Positions 9,493-22,141 of a stretch of 64,000 nucleotides of DNA are shown here, piece by piece. The notes under the pieces were generated by a model. It worked only from the letters and a program-made list of their open reading frames with translations. It was not told where the DNA came from and did no database searches. Where the stretch lies: contig CAMBEL010000003.1 in the NCBI GenBank assembly GCA_945865605.1, positions 3,480 to 67,479 on the forward strand, in the 5' to 3' direction. Position 1 is the stretch's first letter. Every line of letters begins with the position of its first letter. Both the position numbers and the translations under genes were made by a program. The DNA comes from Bifidobacterium breve. Lineage in GTDB: Bacteria > Actinomycetota > Acidimicrobiia > IMCC26256 > JAENVU01.

Positions 9493-10779
9493 ATGTCGCC
9501 AAGCGACGATCACCAACCAGAACCAGTAGAGGTAACGAACGCCATCATCGATGCCGACCGCGGCTACCGATCTGGCACCGCGCAGGCTGCGCTGCGTAAT
9601 CGCGATTTCCGGTTTGTGTGGGGCGGAACCTTCGCATCCAATATTGGTACGTGGATGCAAAACGTGCTGCTCGGAGCCTTCGCCTTCCAACTGACTCACG
9701 ATGTCGGTTACGTAGGGCTCGTGTACTTCGCACAACTTGGCCCTTTGTTGTTTCTTGCACCGGTGGGAGGATTGATCGCCGATGTGGTCGACCGCCGCCG
9801 GTACCTAGTGCTGATGCAGATGATCCAACTCATACTCAGTTTGGGGCTGGCGGGAATAGCCACAGCAGATAAACCGAACGAAACGGCAGTCTTGCTCTGC
9901 GTACTTGCGATCGGGATAGCTAATGCCCTCAGTGCACCTGCACTCGGAGCCATCCTGCCTACCTTGGTGCCTCGCGAAGACCTTCCGGGCGCGGTTTCTC
10001 TGCAGTCCGTTCAGATGAACCTGTCGCGTGTGATTGGTCCCGCCATCGGCGCTCCCCTTTACACCGTGTTCGGGGCAGCGCCGGTATTTGCCATCAACGC
10101 ACTCACATACCTATTCGCCGTCGCTGGTCTCCTGATCGCTCATTACAACGCACGTCCAAGTTCTCACCTGAGTGGCGGTCCTCTTGAGAAGGTCACGTCG
10201 GGGTTCCACATCGCGAAGAGCGATCCGCTCATACGGCGAATCTTAATAACGATGACGGTTTTTTCGTTCTTCTCCTTAATGTTTGTTGGATTGATGCCCG
10301 AAATCGCTCACACGAACTTCGGCATCCCGCCAAAGAGCATCTCTTATGGATTTCTTTATGCTCTGTTTGGCTTAGGCGCGGCGCTCGGTGCAATCACAGT
10401 GGGCACCTTCCTCGCTCACCGATCGAAGGCGCTCGTCGCTCGGCGCGCTCTCGTCGCCTTCAGCGTCTTGCTTGCCTGGTTCGCGCTAATACGAAATGAA
10501 TACCTTGCATATGTGGTGGTGTTGTTACTCGGGTTCGCATACTTCCTGGTGATTACAAGCCTCTCAACCGTTTTGCAAGACCATCTCGACGATGTCAACC
10601 GCGGGCGCGTAACTGCGCTCTGGATTATGAGTTTTGGTGGAACCGTTCCCGTCGGTGTCCTGCTGGCCGGATACGTGGTCGAGAATCTCATGACAATCAC
10701 TACCGTTGTGCTCTTTGGGGCCGCAGTCGCCATAGCGCTCGCGCCATACTGCGACCTAAGGCGAGACGGTGCCCAGTGA
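9493..10779 (+). CDS. MFS transporter (EntS/DHA3-like)
   Basis: ASNIGTWMQ, GGLIADVVDRRR, RVIGPAIG, RGRVTALW; ~12 hydrophobic segments. Confidence 0.92.
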   Translation: MSPSDDHQPEPVEVTNAIIDADRGYRSGTAQAALRNRDFRFVWGGTFASNIGTWMQNVLLGAFAFQLTHDVGYVGLVYFAQLGPLLFLAPVGGLIADVVDRRRYLVLMQMIQLILSLGLAGIATADKPNETAVLLCVLAIGIANALSAPALGAILPTLVPREDLPGAVSLQSVQMNLSRVIGPAIGAPLYTVFGAAPVFAINALTYLFAVAGLLIAHYNARPSSHLSGGPLEKVTSGFHIAKSDPLIRRILITMTVFSFFSLMFVGLMPEIAHTNFGIPPKSISYGFLYALFGLGAALGAITVGTFLAHRSKALVARRALVAFSVLLAWFALIRNEYLAYVVVLLLGFAYFLVITSLSTVLQDHLDDVNRGRVTALWIMSFGGTVPVGVLLAGYVVENLMTITTVVLFGAAVAIALAPYCDLRRDGAQ

Positions 10780-10793
10780 GCACATCTAATTAA

Positions 10794-12302
10794 CTACGTG
10801 CTCACGCGCGGCGAAGACCGAACGCGGAAGGCAGCCGCGACAGCAACTACTGCGACCGCCGCTCCGACGCCGTAAGCCCATTCAAAGGGAACAGCGGCGG
10901 TAGAGCCATCCTGGATTGTCGAGAGCACCTGTATCCCCGCGACAACTCCTATCTGCGCCACCATTTGCTGCGCGGCATTTGCTACGCCAAGGTCGCGCTC
11001 ATCGACCGCGTTGGCGACAACAGTGATCAGTGACGGCGACGACGTACCTAGCGCGATCCCCGAAAGCATTAGTCCCAAGAAAACGAGCCCCAACGCGCCA
11101 CTCCAAGCCGACACGGCAAACACAACCATCGCCATGACGAGTAGGACTGTTCCGGTAATACTCGCCTTCCGTTCACCAACTCGGGCCGCGACATAACCCG
11201 AGATCGGGGCGGAGAGACTGAAACTAAGTGGGCGGACAGCCATTGCCAATGAAGTCGCGGCAAGCGTTAATCCGAACCGGTTTTGAACCAGAAGTGGCGT
11301 GATTATGAACCCACCCATGTAGGCGAAGTTGGTTGAGAACTGCGCGACCAGCGACGAGGCGAAGTTAGGCCTACTGAAGAAGTCGAGAGGTAGTAGCGGG
11401 TGCAGCGCTTTTCGTTCGATTAGCACGAAGAGCAAAAGCGCGAAGGGAGCTACAGCGAACAAGGCGACCACTACAGGGTCTGACCAACCGCGAGTGTCGC
11501 CCAATGTGAGCCCGAGGAGCGCACTCACGATCCCAGCCGCGAGTGCTCCGGCACCGGCGAAGTCGATCGGTTCCCGCTCGCGACACGGCGTCTCGTGCAA
11601 CACAATTGCGGCCAATACCAACGCAACGGCGGCAAACGGCGCTTGGGCAATGAAAATTGCACGCCAACCGAACGCCTCGATGAGTGGACCCCCCGCCACG
11701 AGACCAACCACTGGCGCGCCAGCTCCTACGAGAGCCCACCATCCCATCGCTTTCACGCGATCGTCCTCATCGAATGCAGACATGATCAGAGCCATCGACG
11801 CTGGCCCAATCGCCGCACCCGGTATTGAACCGAGCGTGCGAATTGCGATCAACGACGGACCGCTCCATGCAAAAGCGCTCAACGCCGTTCCAACAATGAA
11901 ACCCGCGAAGCCCAGCAGATAAAGACGGCGATGCCCGTAGACGTCGCCGAGCTTTCCAAACAATGGCATCGCAAGAGCAAGCCCAAGAAGTGGGCCTGTC
12001 ACAACCCAAATGAGGGAAGTTGGGTTCGCATCGAGGTCCGTAGCCACAGTTCCGAGTGACACCGCGACAATTGTGATCGTCATGCCGGTAGCGAAGAGAC
12101 CTGTAAGAACTGTGACAAGCACCCAGATCGAATACCGACTGCTGTGCCTGAGACGATGCCGAAGCGCGTGCTGAAACAGAAACGGCCACGCGACGACAGG
12201 AACCTCATCGACTCCTGGAGAATCCGATACAAGTGGGGCGCGGCGCGTGCTGGGACCGGGCGCGGAAGGACCGGGCGCTTTAGAACCAGCCGTGCCTGTC
12301 AT
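10794..12302 (-). CDS. MFS efflux transporter (DHA2, EmrB/QacA-like)
   Basis: GKLGDVYGHRR motif A, FGWRAIF, HPLLPLDFF; ~14 hydrophobic segments. Confidence 0.9.
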   Translation of the reverse strand: MTGTAGSKAPGPSAPGPSTRRAPLVSDSPGVDEVPVVAWPFLFQHALRHRLRHSSRYSIWVLVTVLTGLFATGMTITIVAVSLGTVATDLDANPTSLIWVVTGPLLGLALAMPLFGKLGDVYGHRRLYLLGFAGFIVGTALSAFAWSGPSLIAIRTLGSIPGAAIGPASMALIMSAFDEDDRVKAMGWWALVGAGAPVVGLVAGGPLIEAFGWRAIFIAQAPFAAVALVLAAIVLHETPCREREPIDFAGAGALAAGIVSALLGLTLGDTRGWSDPVVVALFAVAPFALLLFVLIERKALHPLLPLDFFSRPNFASSLVAQFSTNFAYMGGFIITPLLVQNRFGLTLAATSLAMAVRPLSFSLSAPISGYVAARVGERKASITGTVLLVMAMVVFAVSAWSGALGLVFLGLMLSGIALGTSSPSLITVVANAVDERDLGVANAAQQMVAQIGVVAGIQVLSTIQDGSTAAVPFEWAYGVGAAVAVVAVAAAFRVRSSPRVST

Positions 12303-12315
12303 TGTGCAACGAAGG

Positions 12316-12333
12316 CTAGGGGTACTTCCCTAG
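12316..12333. promoter_or_regulatory. Inverted repeat, possible operator of the DHA2 transporter
   Basis: CTAGGG-GTACTT-CCCTAG, 14-31 bp upstream of the ATG at 12302. Confidence 0.4.
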
Positions 12334-12362
12334 AAACTAAGTAGGCAGGAAGATCCTGTGCC

Positions 12363-12584
12363 CTAAGACCGCTCGCCGACCACCGCGGATTGCGGAATTG
12401 GCACGGCAACCCACCATTCGGGATCTAGCCACGGGCGATCATCAACGTCGAGCCCCGGTCTCGGACGAAGCGGGCGTCCATAACCCTGTCCAGGCCGCGG
12501 CAGCGGAGGACGGGTCGTTCCACCTTTTGAAGGCCTACGCACTACACAACTCCAGGGTCTCTGGGGTACCACTCTCTGTGGCAA
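12363..12584 (-). CDS. Possible small Pro/Arg/Trp-rich hypothetical protein
   Basis: 73-aa ORF (TTG start) filling an otherwise empty gap, co-oriented with neighbours; C-terminal DDRPWLDPEWW looks non-random. Confidence 0.3.
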   Translation of the reverse strand: MPQRVVPQRPWSCVVRRPSKGGTTRPPLPRPGQGYGRPLRPRPGLDVDDRPWLDPEWWVAVPIPQSAVVGERS

Positions 12585-12678
12585 TTATGTAGGTAGTTAC
12601 GACAAGCATCAAGGGGCCACTCGACCTATCGTGAGTATTTACCCAAGATTAAGTAGAGAAATTGTGCCTTCTTCGCGA

Positions 12679-12694
12679 TCTGGTCTAGACCACC
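12679..12694. promoter_or_regulatory. dre-like (DasR/NagR GntR family) operator
   Basis: tCTGGTCTAGACCACc; perfect 12-bp palindrome TGGTCTAGACCA at 12681-12692 in an AT-richer intergenic stretch. Confidence 0.55.
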
Positions 12695-12735
12695 CAAAGT
12701 AGTCAAATATTACCGACGTCGCCGATCGGAGTTCC

Positions 12736-13614
12736 TCAGGACTTGAGTTTCTTAGCCTCAGAGCTGAGTTCCGCAACAGTCCAGCGGTCTCCCTTATCGA
12801 TCTTCTCGACGAGCGTCCACGGCTGGAACCTTTGAATAAGTCCCCCCTGCACCAGGAATGCCTCACCTGAATACGTGCAGTCCTCGGTCGCTAGATACGC
12901 GACGAACGGCGAAACATTCGCGGGATCCCACACGTCAAACTTTGCGACGTCCTCCGGCGCCTTCACAACCTCACTAAGACCCGGCGTCTGTTCAGTAAGC
13001 CTGGTCCTTGCTGCAGGGGCTACCGCGTTGGACCGGACTCCATATCGGCTGAGTTCCATCGCACAGATCTGAGAAAACGTCGCGATCCCGCTCTTGGCGG
13101 CTCCATAGTTGGATTGCCCGGCGTTACCAAGAAGTCCAGATGTAGATGACGTATGAATGATGGAAGCGTTCTGCTGCGCGCCCGCCTTGGTCTGCTCGCG
13201 CCAATACGACGCCGCCATACGCGTAGGACAGAAATGACCTTTGAGGTGAACATGAATGACTGAGTCCCACTCTTGCTCTGTCATGTTCACCACTACACGG
13301 TCACGCAAGATTCCCGCATTGTTGACCAACACGTCGAGACCACCAAACGTGTCGACGGCGGTTTGCACCAGACGTTGAGCACCATCCCACTCTGCAACGT
13401 TGTCGACGTTCGCGACCGCGTCACCCCCTGCTTCCTTAATCTCATCGACTACGAGTTGAGCCGGCGCGCGATCGTCTCCGGTGCCGTCCGGGTTGCCGCC
13501 GAGATCGTTGACGACGACCTTGGCCCCCTCGGCAGCGAACAGCAAAGCGTGTTCTCGACCGAGGCCGCGCCCTGCTCCCGTGATGATTGCAATACGTCCT
13601 TCTAGTGCACCCAT
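12736..13614 (-). CDS. Short-chain dehydrogenase/reductase (hydroxyacyl-CoA dehydrogenase-like)
   Basis: TGAGRGLG, VVVNDLG, NNAGILRD, YGAAK. Confidence 0.93.
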   Translation of the reverse strand: MGALEGRIAIITGAGRGLGREHALLFAAEGAKVVVNDLGGNPDGTGDDRAPAQLVVDEIKEAGGDAVANVDNVAEWDGAQRLVQTAVDTFGGLDVLVNNAGILRDRVVVNMTEQEWDSVIHVHLKGHFCPTRMAASYWREQTKAGAQQNASIIHTSSTSGLLGNAGQSNYGAAKSGIATFSQICAMELSRYGVRSNAVAPAARTRLTEQTPGLSEVVKAPEDVAKFDVWDPANVSPFVAYLATEDCTYSGEAFLVQGGLIQRFQPWTLVEKIDKGDRWTVAELSSEAKKLKS

Positions 13615-13690
13615 GGTCCAAATCTCCTGAGGTTCGGCTTTCCTAACCGCGCATCGTAGATGCCCTCGCCGTTATACGAGCAAGGCGGGA

Positions 13691-15532
13691 TCAGAAGAAA
13701 ATGGTGACGATTGCACCGCGCTTGACCTGAGTTCCTTGAGCAGGGTCTTGGGCGCGCACGCGTTTGCCTCCAGTGAAGACCCCCTGGGCCTGCACCTGTA
13801 CACCGGCACTCGCTGCAGACGCGCCAGCTTGGTCAATGGTTTGGCCCTTGAAGTTCGGAACCAGCACTACATCAGGGCCTTTGCTGACAAAGACGTTCAC
13901 CGCAGAGTCCCGTGCCGCTGGTGCACCTGCCGCGGGGTCGGTACGGATTACCTGTCCTGCAGGAACCGTGTCATTGAACTCGTCTACCTGGGTCGCTCCT
14001 AACCGCGCGTCTTGCAGCGCCTTGGCTGCATCAGCGAATGACTTGCCCGTCACATCCGGTACCGGAATCGGTGTCGGTCCCTTAGACACAATCAGTTCGA
14101 CGGTAGAGAATCGCGCTGCTCTCTTGGGCGGGTTAGTGCTGATCACAATTCCTGTGGCAATGGTTTCGTTAAACTTCTCATCGACAGCGACGACATAGTC
14201 GGCCTTTTCGAGGGCTGCTTGTGCTTCTGCCATTGCGAGGCCGACGACAGGCGGCAGCGCGGTCGGCTTAGGCCCTTGCGACACAATCAACTCAACGGTC
14301 CCGCCTTGAGAGATGAACCCACCCGATCGAGGACGTTGAGCAATCACGGTACCTATGGGGTCATCCGCATTGCGTTTCACCACTGACGTCAGTAGTCCGG
14401 CTGCGTTAGCGCGACTCTGCGCAACATCGGCCGTGGTCCCCACGAGAATCGGAACCGTCACAGGAGTTCCAGCCGCGGAATTAGATAGAGCGAACACGAC
14501 GCCCGCGACGGCCAGCATCAGGACTGCGGCGAGAACAAACGGCGCCACACGTCGCCCGTTCTGATCGGCTGATTTAGTTGTTGCCGTCCGACTGCGCGAA
14601 TCCTGGTCGAATAAGGGATCGGTGCGTGTGCCGACGACGTTTGTTGGATGCGGATCGTCTGACACCTCACCCAGCCCGGTTAGGTGAAGCGGTCCAGGGG
14701 GAGGCAAAACGCGAATCGCGTCGTCTAATGCTGCGCCCATCGTGGATGCATCCGGATAACGTTCGGTGAGATCGGACCTGCAAGCACGCTCAACAACTAC
14801 TCCGAGGGAGCCGAGAACGGCGGGAGCTTGTACCGACTCGACATCTCGAAGACGGAGCGTGCCGAGTGGCGTATCGGCGACGAGCGGAACGATACCTGTG
14901 ACCGCCTCGCTGAGAACCAGACCTAACGAGTAGAGGTCACCACGGCCATCAAGGCCGACGCCTGATCCCTGCTCGGGTGCTGCATAACGCGCTGTGCCGA
15001 GCACAGTTCCTGCGGGTTCAGTCCAACTCGCCTCAGCGAGTGCGCGCGCGAGTCCGAAGTCTGCGACGCGCACGATCGCATGTTCATCAAATAGAAGGTT
15101 TGCTGGCTTTATATCTCTATGCACTAGGCCGCGGCCGTGGGCGTAACCGAGTGCGGCGGTCACCTGTTTCCCGACGTGCGCCGATTGGGCAGGACTCAGC
15201 CGTATTCCACGGTCGAGCATCGACCGCATTGACCCGCCCACAAGCAACTCGAGCACCATGAAAGGCACACCGTCGTCCCCCCAGTCGTATACCCCCATCA
15301 CGTTGGGATGGTTGAGAGACGCCGCTAACTGCGCTTCGGTACGGAAGCGACGGAGGAACCCGGCATCGTCGGCCAAAGCGGCATGCAATACCTTCACGGC
15401 GACCCTGCGGCGCAAGCGGACGTCGTCGGCTAGGTACACCTGGCCGCTCGCTCCCGCACCGATAGGGGCTAGGAGGCGGTAGCGGCCGGCGAGGACACGA
15501 CCGACTAGGTCGGCAACCGCACTTCCCGACAT
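13691..15532 (-). CDS. Ser/Thr protein kinase with TM helix and ~4 PASTA domains (PknB/PknL-like)
   Basis: GAGASGQVY, VAVK, HRDIKPANLL, DFGLAR, APEQ; TM VLAAVLMLAVAGVVFAL; repeated VP.V.G...VS.GP units. Confidence 0.93.
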   Translation of the reverse strand: MSGSAVADLVGRVLAGRYRLLAPIGAGASGQVYLADDVRLRRRVAVKVLHAALADDAGFLRRFRTEAQLAASLNHPNVMGVYDWGDDGVPFMVLELLVGGSMRSMLDRGIRLSPAQSAHVGKQVTAALGYAHGRGLVHRDIKPANLLFDEHAIVRVADFGLARALAEASWTEPAGTVLGTARYAAPEQGSGVGLDGRGDLYSLGLVLSEAVTGIVPLVADTPLGTLRLRDVESVQAPAVLGSLGVVVERACRSDLTERYPDASTMGAALDDAIRVLPPPGPLHLTGLGEVSDDPHPTNVVGTRTDPLFDQDSRSRTATTKSADQNGRRVAPFVLAAVLMLAVAGVVFALSNSAAGTPVTVPILVGTTADVAQSRANAAGLLTSVVKRNADDPIGTVIAQRPRSGGFISQGGTVELIVSQGPKPTALPPVVGLAMAEAQAALEKADYVVAVDEKFNETIATGIVISTNPPKRAARFSTVELIVSKGPTPIPVPDVTGKSFADAAKALQDARLGATQVDEFNDTVPAGQVIRTDPAAGAPAARDSAVNVFVSKGPDVVLVPNFKGQTIDQAGASAASAGVQVQAQGVFTGGKRVRAQDPAQGTQVKRGAIVTIFF

Positions 15533-15576
15533 CGGAACCACGGTACCGGGCCAGAGCCACGCGACAGAGGCATCCG

Positions 15577-16107
15577 ATGTACAAATTGGGTACCAGCAGC
15601 GGTACCGTCGGTGTCATCACATCCACCGAACGAGCCGACACCGAGCGGGCCGACAACACACCGCCAAAGCGAAGACGGGCAATCGAGCATCCAGGCCGGT
15701 TTGCAATCGTCGCAGGTGGACTGATGGTCGTCGCCACCCTCATCGCGATCGCTCTCGGCACCGCGGACACGGCTGATGTCAAAAACACTTTGCCCAACCA
15801 GGTTCGTTCGGCGTCTCCTAGTCAAGGTTCTATTGTGCCGCCACAAGAACAAATCAGCGTCGATCTCCGTGATGACCTCGTAGGTGATCTGCGGGTATGC
15901 AACGCGGGCGGCATTTGTACTGAGATCCCATTCGATCAGGTCGACTTCATTAAGCCTCTCGGCCAACTCGTTTTTAGGCCGGGGATAGGGAAGGAGATTT
16001 CAGCATGGGATCCGGGGCGTGTAGATGCCACGGTCACGTATCGGTCACAAGCAGATCCCGCGCAGGACAATGGCAGCTACTCGTGGTGGTTCATCTCGAA
16101 GGCATAG
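15577..16107 (+). CDS. Hypothetical membrane-anchored protein
   Basis: One TM segment followed by a beta-rich domain with a Cys pair; start uncertain. Confidence 0.65.
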   Translation: MYKLGTSSGTVGVITSTERADTERADNTPPKRRRAIEHPGRFAIVAGGLMVVATLIAIALGTADTADVKNTLPNQVRSASPSQGSIVPPQEQISVDLRDDLVGDLRVCNAGGICTEIPFDQVDFIKPLGQLVFRPGIGKEISAWDPGRVDATVTYRSQADPAQDNGSYSWWFISKA

Positions 16108-16123
16108 CGCGAGTTCGGAACGC

Positions 16124-16147
16124 GTTACTGGTTGATTACCAAGTAAC
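16124..16147. terminator. Hairpin between convergent genes
   Basis: GTTACT-GGT-TGATT-ACC-A-AGTAAC. Confidence 0.4.
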
Positions 16148-16150
16148 TAA

Positions 16151-16560
16151 CTAGACAACCGCAAACGTTGCCCAACCCTTGATCGCAGTACCACCGCCGT
16201 CGCGCGTAACTACGAGTTCAAGGGAAACTGTGCGTTCGCCGTTGTCTTCCGTTTTATCGACGACCTTCCCGGTGCAGGTAAGCGTGTCGCCTGGCCATAC
16301 CTGTTCACGGAACTGCACTCCGAAGCCGCGCACGTTGTCTGGGCCTAACCAGTCGGTAGCGAAGCCGGCAAGGATTCCTGCTTGCAGCATGCCCACCGAG
16401 AACACCGACGGATACCCGGCGGATTGAGCGAACTCTTCATCGTGATGAATCGGGTTGAAATCACCGGATGCTCCTTGATACCGCACAAAGTCGGTACGCG
16501 TTAGCGGACCCACGACTCGCGTCGGCACCTCCGTGCCTACATGGAGATCTTTCCAAGACG

Positions 16561-16564
<4 letters not shown>
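16151..16564 (-). CDS. MaoC-family hotdog dehydratase (HadB-like)
   Basis: YQGASGDFNPIHHD hydratase-2 motif. Confidence 0.92.
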
Positions 16565-19079
<2,515 letters not shown>

Positions 19080-19095
19080 TTACAAGGCGGGACGT

Positions 19096-20145
19096 TCACG
19101 CTCCCACGGTGAGCTTCACCGCAGCAGCTTGATCTCCGACCCTCGCCGCGAGCCTGTCGGCGAGTCGCAAGACGTGTTCGGCTTGACTCTGACCGTGCCC
19201 AGCGAGTCCGCATGCAGGAGTAATGATTCCATGTGTTCGCAGCGCGACAGGGTCTGCGCCACGACGCGTGAGTTCGCACCACACCGAAACCGTTTCGCGC
19301 CAGAGCGGGTCAGCCGACTCACCTACCGGTCGGTCGGTCGGCACGGCACCCCAAGCGAACCAACCATCTGCGTCGAGGTGGCGTCCAACGACATCCGCAT
19401 CCTGGAGAACGTCTGCCGACACCGGCACACTCAGAACCCGTGCGCCAGTCTCAAACGCGAGTCTCAAATCTCCGCCCGAACAGACGTGAACTCCTGTACA
19501 GACCGTGAACTGCGCGAGCGCGCTCGACAGCAGATCTACGGCTTGTTCGCGCTCTAGAGGAGCGTCATCCCCCGTCCACAAAACGAGCGATGGTTCGTCA
19601 AGAAATATTATGGCTGCAGCGCCCGGGAGACGTTCGGCAACAATCTTTTCTAGTACTGGCGCCCACGCAGAAACTGCGGCTGCGGCGCGATCGAATGCGA
19701 GTTCCGCAGGAAGCCCGGCACGCACTAGTGCGACGCCCATGGTGAGGGGTCCGCACATTTGGAACTTCACGCGGTTCGGTGGCATGTCACTTACAGCGGC
19801 TTCGTCAAGGAACGTAAGCAGTCCGTCATGGAATTCGCGAGTGATTTCAGTTGTGATCGACGCGGTCACCAACGATGAATCGATTGCGATCGAACCATCC
19901 AGATCCACGGTGACTTCTGGAAGCGCGTTTACCCACTGAGCGACCATGCCTTCACGAGGAATACCTAATTGAGGAGCGGCGGGAAGCAAGGGGTTCGCGT
20001 TCAGGGAAAGCAACGCTGCCTCGCGCGCGTCGGTGAACGGAAGGCTGCCGATGCCCGTCGACAAACCAGAAATCAACACGTCGTACAGCGCCGGCTTGGG
20101 ATCCGATTTCTTAGTTGTCAGATCGCCGTTGCGGTTCGCTGGCAT
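19096..20145 (-). CDS. Single-barrel MetE-like protein (cobalamin-independent methionine synthase catalytic-domain family)
   Basis: TGIGSLP, GPLT, DEPSL, HVC and TPACGL Zn-ligand motifs; mnmA-ligA context typical of actinobacteria; start uncertain. Confidence 0.78.
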   Translation of the reverse strand: MPANRNGDLTTKKSDPKPALYDVLISGLSTGIGSLPFTDAREAALLSLNANPLLPAAPQLGIPREGMVAQWVNALPEVTVDLDGSIAIDSSLVTASITTEITREFHDGLLTFLDEAAVSDMPPNRVKFQMCGPLTMGVALVRAGLPAELAFDRAAAAVSAWAPVLEKIVAERLPGAAAIIFLDEPSLVLWTGDDAPLEREQAVDLLSSALAQFTVCTGVHVCSGGDLRLAFETGARVLSVPVSADVLQDADVVGRHLDADGWFAWGAVPTDRPVGESADPLWRETVSVWCELTRRGADPVALRTHGIITPACGLAGHGQSQAEHVLRLADRLAARVGDQAAAVKLTVGA

Positions 20146-20192
20146 CAGTTTCGTAGTATATGGATACGTCGTGAGTTCTCCGAAGCGGAGCA

Positions 20193-21092
20193 GTGATCGC
20201 TGTGAACATCTGGTGGCTCCGAATCGCATGGGTCGCGATTCCATTTACTTCGAGTTGGGCGATGGCCGACGCGATTGCGAACTGGGCCCCACTAACCAAA
20301 GGTGTAGCGACGGCAATTCTCTGGTTGCTGTGGGGAGTGGTGCTCGTCGGACTGCTCACAGCGCGACCGCTCAGCCTCACAGTGGTCCGCACTGGAGTGC
20401 CGCTAGCGCTAGCCGTCGCCGTGCTCGCGTTCGCGAATAACGAGGGACCGTCCCTCGGTGCCTTGGCCGCGCTCGCGGTTACATCGACGTGTGTCGTTCT
20501 TGCATCGACTCCGAGCATCGGGATCGCTTGCGCACAGGGAGTTGCGTACGGCGACGAAGAAAGGTTTCCGCTGGCAGTGCCGCCAGCGCTCTTCATCGGG
20601 ATCTTGCCGCTTGCTGTACTCGGCGTCGGTGCCGGTATCGCCGTTGGCCCGTTGCTACTTGCATCAGGTAGGACCGCCGCTGGATTCGTTGCGGTCGCAC
20701 TAGGCCTTCCACTAGCCACGCTGCTTTTCAGATCGCTTCACCAACTTTCACGCAGATGGTTGATCCTCGTGCCAGCTGGCATCGTCATACATGACCCAAT
20801 GACTCTGACGGACCCCTTCTTATTCACGCGAGACAGCATTGCAGGGTTCGGTATTGCGGATGCCCGTAAACGAGTTCCGACCGACGCCGAAGATCTAAGA
20901 CTTGGCGCAACGCGTGGCTCGCTCGCATTACTACTGAGCCAAGAGACGGACATTTATCGGCGGTCCCGCAGGCGAAGCATTGGCTGCAACACCAGCCTCA
21001 TCTTGGTCGCGCCCGTGGCGCGTCAACGTGTGCTTGATCGTGCAGCGGCGCGGAGGATTGTGATCAGCAAAGCGTCACCGAGCGCGAAATAG
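20193..21092 (+). CDS. Hypothetical membrane protein
   Basis: ~6 hydrophobic segments, AYGDEERFPL motif, soluble C-terminal domain. Confidence 0.75.
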   Translation: MIAVNIWWLRIAWVAIPFTSSWAMADAIANWAPLTKGVATAILWLLWGVVLVGLLTARPLSLTVVRTGVPLALAVAVLAFANNEGPSLGALAALAVTSTCVVLASTPSIGIACAQGVAYGDEERFPLAVPPALFIGILPLAVLGVGAGIAVGPLLLASGRTAAGFVAVALGLPLATLLFRSLHQLSRRWLILVPAGIVIHDPMTLTDPFLFTRDSIAGFGIADARKRVPTDAEDLRLGATRGSLALLLSQETDIYRRSRRRSIGCNTSLILVAPVARQRVLDRAAARRIVISKASPSAK

Positions 21093-21115
21093 GGAGTGGC
21101 AACCACGCGAACTTG

Positions 21116-22141
21116 TTACCTCGCGATCCCTGACCCAAGCACAACATCATCATGGTACATCGCCACTACTTGACCTGCGGCAACACGCGGCTGCGCCTCA
21201 ACCCAGTGGATGGCACCATCTTCAAAAGTTGCACGGGCCGCCACTCCATGTGCTCGCACTTGTACCAACACATCGGTTCCAAAAGAAATCGAATCACCAA
21301 CAAACTTCACATCGCGAATTGCTGACACGTCGCAAAGTAGATCTTCGCGTTCGCCAATTGTCACAGTTGCGGTACTCGCATCAACATCGACAACAAACCG
21401 GCGTTCACCCAATGCGACCCCAAGGCCACGCCGTTGACCAACCGTGAAGGCGCTCACGCCAGCGTGCTCCCCGACTACCTCACCGGTGGTCGTCACTAGC
21501 GCACCACCCTGTTCTTCAATTCGATCCGAGAGGAAGGTGCGGCGACCGCCGCGCTTGATGAAACACACGTCCATACTCTCCGCTTTCTGGGCGGTACGCA
21601 GGTCTAACCGCTCTGCTTCGTTGCGGACTTCGCTCTTGGTTAGTTCTCCCACTGGAAGCAGCGTGTTGACGAGTTGGATCGCTTGAAGGCGTGCAAGCAC
21701 ATAAGACTGATCTTTCGCTGAGTCGACACCGCGACAGAGGTGAGTTCTGGTTCCGTCGAGGCGCAGTCTGGCGTGATGGCCTGTAGCCATCGCATCGAAA
21801 CCCATTGCCATGGTGCGATCGAGCAGCCGTCCCCATTTCATTTTTGTATTGCAGTCAACACATGGATTAGGAGTTCTACCGGCCGCGTAAGACTCGACAA
21901 AAGGATTCACAACTTCGGCATCGAATTCATCGCCGAAGTTGAATATGTAATGCGGGATGCCCAACTGGGCCGCGACACGGCGGGCATCTTCGACGTCGGC
22001 AACGCTGCAACATCCCGAGTCTGACTCACCTCCCCATAAACGCAAAGTCACTCCAGTGACATCGTGTCCTTCGTCGCGCAACATCGCAGCCGCAACCGAC
22101 GAATCCACACCGCCGCTCATTGCAACCAGGACACGGCTCAT
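21116..22141 (-). CDS. mnmA: tRNA 2-thiouridylase
   Basis: AMSGGVDSSVAA, TPNPCVDCN, KDQSY, KAESMDVCF, TVGQRRGLG. Confidence 0.97.
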   Translation of the reverse strand: MSRVLVAMSGGVDSSVAAAMLRDEGHDVTGVTLRLWGGESDSGCCSVADVEDARRVAAQLGIPHYIFNFGDEFDAEVVNPFVESYAAGRTPNPCVDCNTKMKWGRLLDRTMAMGFDAMATGHHARLRLDGTRTHLCRGVDSAKDQSYVLARLQAIQLVNTLLPVGELTKSEVRNEAERLDLRTAQKAESMDVCFIKRGGRRTFLSDRIEEQGGALVTTTGEVVGEHAGVSAFTVGQRRGLGVALGERRFVVDVDASTATVTIGEREDLLCDVSAIRDVKFVGDSISFGTDVLVQVRAHGVAARATFEDGAIHWVEAQPRVAAGQVVAMYHDDVVLGSGIAR

